Shown in pieces: positions 59,903 through 64,000 of a stretch of DNA of 64,000 nt. Each line of letters opens with the position of its first letter. The stretch's first letter is position 1. The notes beneath the pieces are model-generated. The model was not told the origin of the DNA. It did no database searches and saw nothing but the letters and a program-made list of their open reading frames with translations. The position numbers and the translations under genes were made by a program. The DNA comes from Gammaproteobacteria bacterium (lineage in GTDB: Bacteria; Pseudomonadota; Gammaproteobacteria; Poriferisulfidales; GCA-002705445): positions 4,786 through 68,785 of the forward strand of contig JAYNQN010000007.1 in assembly GCA_038114285.1 (NCBI GenBank). Reading direction: 5' to 3'.

Positions 59903-61753
59903 TCATTCCATATCTAAAAAGCTTTTTAACTGCTCTGATCTACTTGGGTGTCTAAGTTTTCTTAGTGCTTTTGCTTCAATTTGTCTAATTCTTTCCCTCG
60001 TTACATCAAATTGTTTACCAACTTCTTCAAGTGTGTGATCTGTATTCATGTCTATACCAAAGCGCATTCGTAACACTTTAGCTTCTCTAGGAGTTAAGGA
60101 GCCAAGTATGCTTCTTGTTGCTTCACCCAAACTCTCATTCGCGGCAGATTCCATTGGAGTAAGTATATTTCCGTCTTCTATAAAATCACCTAGATGTGAA
60201 TCCTCATCGTCACCGATTGGTGTTTCCATGGATATTGGTTCTTTAGCAATTTTCAACACTTTTCTAATTTTATCTTCTGGCATTGCCATTTTTATTGATA
60301 GTTCTTCTGGAGTTGGTTCTTTGCCATTTTCCTGCGTCATCTGTCTTGTTATTCTATTTAATTTATTAATAGTTTCTATCATGTGAACGGGTATTCTTAT
60401 TGTTCGCGCTTGGTCTGCAATCGATCTTGTTATTGCTTGTCTTATCCACCATGTTGCATATGTTGAAAATTTATATCCTCTTCTATATTCAAATTTATCA
60501 ACAGCTTTCATAAGCCCAATATTTCCTTCTTGGATTAGATCTAAAAATTGTAATCCTCTATTGGTGTATTTTTTGGCAATAGAAATAACAAGTCTTAAAT
60601 TCGCCTCGATCATTTCTTTTTTAGCACGTTTTGACTTTGCCTCGCCAATTGACATTTTTCTATTAATTTCTTTAATTTCAGATACTGAGAGATTTGTCTG
60701 CTCTTCAATTTTTACTAACTTTTTTTGATATTTAATAATTTCATCTTTATTCTTTTTAAGTTTAGTAGCGTATGTTGGTTTGCTAATGAGCCTATTAGTA
60801 ACCCAGCGTAAATTTGTACTGTTTTCTGTAAAGGTTTTTATAAATTCTCTTCTTGGCATTCCAGATGATGTTGCTATTTTTGCAATATGTTTTTCAAAGT
60901 CTCTTATTTTTGCGACAATTATTTTTAAATCATCTTTTAGTTCAGAAAGTAAAACTGGAACTAGTCTAAATCTCATAAAATAATCAGCTGTTTTTTCTCT
61001 AGCTTTTAAAAGTTTTTTTGGATCTTTTTTCACAGCGGGTTGATTTGTTTTTTTGTAAAGTTTAATAAGATTATCGAAATGTAGTTTTGCTTCTTCTGGA
61101 TCAATGCCAGTATCTAGTTCCACACCTTCATCGTCTTCATCATCTTCATCTTCATCGTCAGAGCCCTTAGCAGTATGGTCTTCTATCACATCGTTATCAG
61201 CTTCTGGATCGATAAATCCATTAAGTAAATCACTCAATTTTAATCTTTCAATTTCTTCGTCTTCTTCTTCTTCAACTTCAGGCTGATCTATTACAAGAGC
61301 ATAGGAAGTTAAAAGTTTTTCTATGGTATTTGGATAGAAAGCTAGAGCGTGAGTTACTTGGTTAAGCCCTTCTTCAATTCTTTTGGCTATACTGATTTCA
61401 CCTTCTCTGGTCAATAGATTTACTGTACCCATTTCTCTCATGTACATTCTAACTGGATCTGTAGTTCGACCAAATTCTTGGTCCACAGTAGCTAATGCTT
61501 GTGCTGCTTCTTCTGCAGCATCATCGTCTGTTGATTCTTTATCACTTAAGCTGAGTGAGTCTTCGTCAGGTGCTTGTTCTTGGACAACTATACCCATTTC
61601 AGTGATCATATTAATGATATCCTCTATTTGGTCGGAATCGACTATACCTTCAGGAAGGTGGTCGTTAACCTCCGCGTAAGTCAGGTATCCCTGCTCTTTT
61701 CCTTTAGAAATAAGCTCTTTTATTTTAGTTTGTTGGTCTTGAACTTTTGTCAT
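59903..61753 (-). CDS. rpoD: RNA polymerase sigma-70
   Basis: 616 aa with regions 1.1 through 4 and an acidic insert. Confidence 0.97.
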   Translation of the reverse strand: MTKVQDQQTKIKELISKGKEQGYLTYAEVNDHLPEGIVDSDQIEDIINMITEMGIVVQEQAPDEDSLSLSDKESTDDDAAEEAAQALATVDQEFGRTTDPVRMYMREMGTVNLLTREGEISIAKRIEEGLNQVTHALAFYPNTIEKLLTSYALVIDQPEVEEEEDEEIERLKLSDLLNGFIDPEADNDVIEDHTAKGSDDEDEDDEDDEGVELDTGIDPEEAKLHFDNLIKLYKKTNQPAVKKDPKKLLKAREKTADYFMRFRLVPVLLSELKDDLKIIVAKIRDFEKHIAKIATSSGMPRREFIKTFTENSTNLRWVTNRLISKPTYATKLKKNKDEIIKYQKKLVKIEEQTNLSVSEIKEINRKMSIGEAKSKRAKKEMIEANLRLVISIAKKYTNRGLQFLDLIQEGNIGLMKAVDKFEYRRGYKFSTYATWWIRQAITRSIADQARTIRIPVHMIETINKLNRITRQMTQENGKEPTPEELSIKMAMPEDKIRKVLKIAKEPISMETPIGDDEDSHLGDFIEDGNILTPMESAANESLGEATRSILGSLTPREAKVLRMRFGIDMNTDHTLEEVGKQFDVTRERIRQIEAKALRKLRHPSRSEQLKSFLDME

Positions 61754-61824
61754 TTACGTAGATTTGAGTGTACTTTCAATATATTTTTGGGAATGGGATT
61801 ATACCATATAAATCAGAATATTTT

Positions 61825-63537
61825 TTAATATTTCTTTGATTTCTCTTCAATTTTTCTAGTTTCTTGTTGAATCTGGGCACGTTTTTTTATGTCAGATAAC
61901 TCCGTTTTATCTAATTTAGATTTTAGAGCTTTTTTAATAACCAGACAGATACATGCATTAAATTCTTTATCAGGATAATCATATTTTGTAATTGGCACGC
62001 TACTTATTTTTTCTAAAATTTTGAAGTTATTATTATCTGGCCTAAAATGCTCTATAATTTTCCCCATATTAATATCTTTGTCGGATTTTATAAGTTTTAT
62101 GATTGATTTTAATAAAATGACTCCTTTATTATCACTAATGCGATCATCGTTAACAATATCATAGTCAATTTTTATATGAGGGTGGTTCATTAAAATTAGA
62201 ATGGCTTTTTGTAGAGGTGATGATGATTTATTATTTTTTAAATTTGTAACTACTTTTGTGTTTTTTTGATCTGAAATATATTTTGCACCGGCTTTTTCTT
62301 TTAAACTTTCAGATAAAAATCCTTTTAGTATTTTTGCATTTAAATTTTTTAAAAGATTGTTAACTTTCTTTATATATTCTGTCTTCCCTGTAGCAGTTTT
62401 CATGTCTGATTCTAAAGAGAATTTATTGTATATAAAATCTTCAAGACTAATTTTTTTACTAATAGTCTTGTCCCACAATGCTTTACCTCCATTTTTTATA
62501 ATGTTGTCAGGGTCAGTATCTTTTGGGAGAAAAACAAAACTTATTATATCGCCATCTTTAAGTACACTCATTATATTTTGAACGCCTTGCCAGGCAGCTT
62601 TTTCACCAGCATTATCACCATCAAAACAACATATTATTTCTCTAGTATATTTAAAGCATTGTATAAGATTATCTTGGGTAACAGCAGTACCTAGAGTAGC
62701 CACTACGTTTTTAATACCAGCTTGATGTAGAGCTATAACATCCATGTATCCTTCTACAATTATAAGACTTTTTCGAGAATTTTTTTCTTGTTTAGCTAAA
62801 TGAAGATTGTATAAGACTTTTTTTTTGCTAAATAATATGGTCTCTGGTGAATTCATATATTTTGCAACAGGTTTATCTTTATTTTCTGATAAGACTCTTC
62901 CTCCAAAAGCAATTGTATTGCCACTAGCATCATGTATTGGAAAAATAATTCTATCCCTAAATTTATCATATGAATTATTTTCTTTTTTTACGATTAATCC
63001 AGAATTTAATAAATTTAATTCAGAATATTTCTTTCCTAAATTTTTACTTAAAGAATGAAAATCATTTTCAGCATAGCCAATATTAAATTTTTTGGCAGTC
63101 TCCCCTGTAATTTTTCTTTCTTTTAAATAATTTATAGCTTTTTTTGAATTTTTAAGCTGACTCTCAAAAATATCTTTTGCATCGTTTAGAGAATTTTGTA
63201 TGTTTTTTCTTTCCTTATATATTTTGTCAGATTCTCTGTCCCTAGGTATATCCATTCCCAGAGAATTAGCAATCGTTTCTATAGCTTCTGGGTAAGTTTT
63301 ATTTGAATAATCCATAACAAAACCAATAGCATTACCATGTGCGCCACACCCAAAACAGTAATAAAATTGTTTATTTTCACTAACACTAAAAGATGATGTT
63401 TTTTCATTGTGGAATGGGCATCTAGCCCAATAGTCGTTTCCTTTTTTTTCTAATTTTATATAATTACCAATTACATCTACGATGTTTGCCTTTTCTAATA
63501 AGCTGTTTATAAAATCTTTTGGAATATTTTTAGCCAT
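61825..63537 (-). CDS. dnaG: DNA primase
   Basis: Zinc-binding CPFHNEKTSSF and Toprim. The likely start is MAKNIPKDFI at 63537. The track start at 63555 would overlap gltB. Confidence 0.93.
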   Translation of the reverse strand: MAKNIPKDFINSLLEKANIVDVIGNYIKLEKKGNDYWARCPFHNEKTSSFSVSENKQFYYCFGCGAHGNAIGFVMDYSNKTYPEAIETIANSLGMDIPRDRESDKIYKERKNIQNSLNDAKDIFESQLKNSKKAINYLKERKITGETAKKFNIGYAENDFHSLSKNLGKKYSELNLLNSGLIVKKENNSYDKFRDRIIFPIHDASGNTIAFGGRVLSENKDKPVAKYMNSPETILFSKKKVLYNLHLAKQEKNSRKSLIIVEGYMDVIALHQAGIKNVVATLGTAVTQDNLIQCFKYTREIICCFDGDNAGEKAAWQGVQNIMSVLKDGDIISFVFLPKDTDPDNIIKNGGKALWDKTISKKISLEDFIYNKFSLESDMKTATGKTEYIKKVNNLLKNLNAKILKGFLSESLKEKAGAKYISDQKNTKVVTNLKNNKSSSPLQKAILILMNHPHIKIDYDIVNDDRISDNKGVILLKSIIKLIKSDKDINMGKIIEHFRPDNNNFKILEKISSVPITKYDYPDKEFNACICLVIKKALKSKLDKTELSDIKKRAQIQQETRKIEEKSKKY

Positions 63538-63541
63538 TATA

Positions 63542-64000
63542 TTAGGCAGCGACACTATCTTTGTTTAATAAATCCGTAATTTCTAGAGCTTTTGGTTTTA
63601 CTATTAAAAATTTATCTATATATGTATCAAAATTATCTAGAATGAATTGCCCCCACTCGCTTTGTGTTTTACTAACATAATCGTTAATTGAGTCTTTTAA
63701 AAAACTTTTATGATATGGATTCTTCTTCTCATCAATTCTTAAAGTTTCTACAAGTTCTGGATTATATTTATGTTTAAAAGTATCGTCTTCATCTAAAACT
63801 ATAGCGAAACCACCTGACATTCCAGCGCCAAAATTAACACCTGTTTTTCCTAGAATTATTACAGTTCCATTAGTCATGTACTCGCACCCATGATCTCCAA
63901 CACCTTCAACAATAGCTGTTGCACCAGAGTTCCTAACTGCAAACCTTTCACCAGCAATTCCAGCAGCATAAAGCTTTCCACCTGTTGCTCCATACATACA
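63542..64000 (-). CDS. gltB: Glutamate synthase large subunit, C-terminal GXGXG domain; the gene continues off the window
   Basis: LYGATGG...GERFAVRNSGA...VEGVGDHGCEYMTNG...GKTGVNFGAGMSGG matches the GltB C-terminus. Confidence 0.75.
   Translation of the reverse strand, partial: CMYGATGGKLYAAGIAGERFAVRNSGATAIVEGVGDHGCEYMTNGTVIILGKTGVNFGAGMSGGFAIVLDEDDTFKHKYNPELVETLRIDEKKNPYHKSFLKDSINDYVSKTQSEWGQFILDNFDTYIDKFLIVKPKALEITDLLNKDSVAA

Noticed and set aside
61104-61679. Ser-rich 60-aa and 98-aa plus-strand ORFs antisense to rpoD
   Set aside because: They are the mirror image of the rpoD acidic D/E repeat (GAT/GAA read as ATC/TTC). They are an artefact.

Overview
This is an AT-rich (about 30% GC by eye) gammaproteobacterial chromosome segment spanning the replication-origin neighbourhood in a Pseudomonas-like arrangement. 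The origin-proximal gene order is atpC'-atpDGAHFEBI, parB-parA-rsmG(gidB)-mnmG(gidA)-mnmE-yidC-yidD-rnpA-rpmH, then divergently dnaA-dnaN-recF-gyrB. Two perfect DnaA boxes lie in the rpmH-dnaA spacer. Two identical consensus parS 16-mers lie inside recF. Downstream the window is housekeeping genes: prlC, xthA, gpmI, tatCBA, hisEFAHB, lpxL-like, trkHA, fmt, def, smg, topA, tsaC, hemF, hemB, aroE, pyrE, a second ExoIII paralog, ampG, an L,D-transpeptidase, an M23 peptidase, bcp, a secreted nuclease, a yhhQ-like transporter, a GT2 glycosyltransferase, a tRNA(CAU), the zinc locus znuA / zur-znuC-znuB, rpoD, dnaG and the 3' end of gltB. The accessory-looking content is small. There is an orphan ParA-like ATPase with two paralogous Cys-motif lipoproteins. 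A putative major porin has a long structured leader. An orphan TupA-like binding protein sits with a GHHH-motif protein and DsbB. A His-rich outer-membrane beta-barrel sits behind a second perfect Zur box next to znu. A small beta-rich secreted protein and a coiled-coil tail-anchored protein flank znuA and rpoD. I found no CRISPR array, integrase, transposase or phage module. The zinc locus with the His-rich Zur-boxed outer-membrane protein is the most interesting candidate for an undescribed function.
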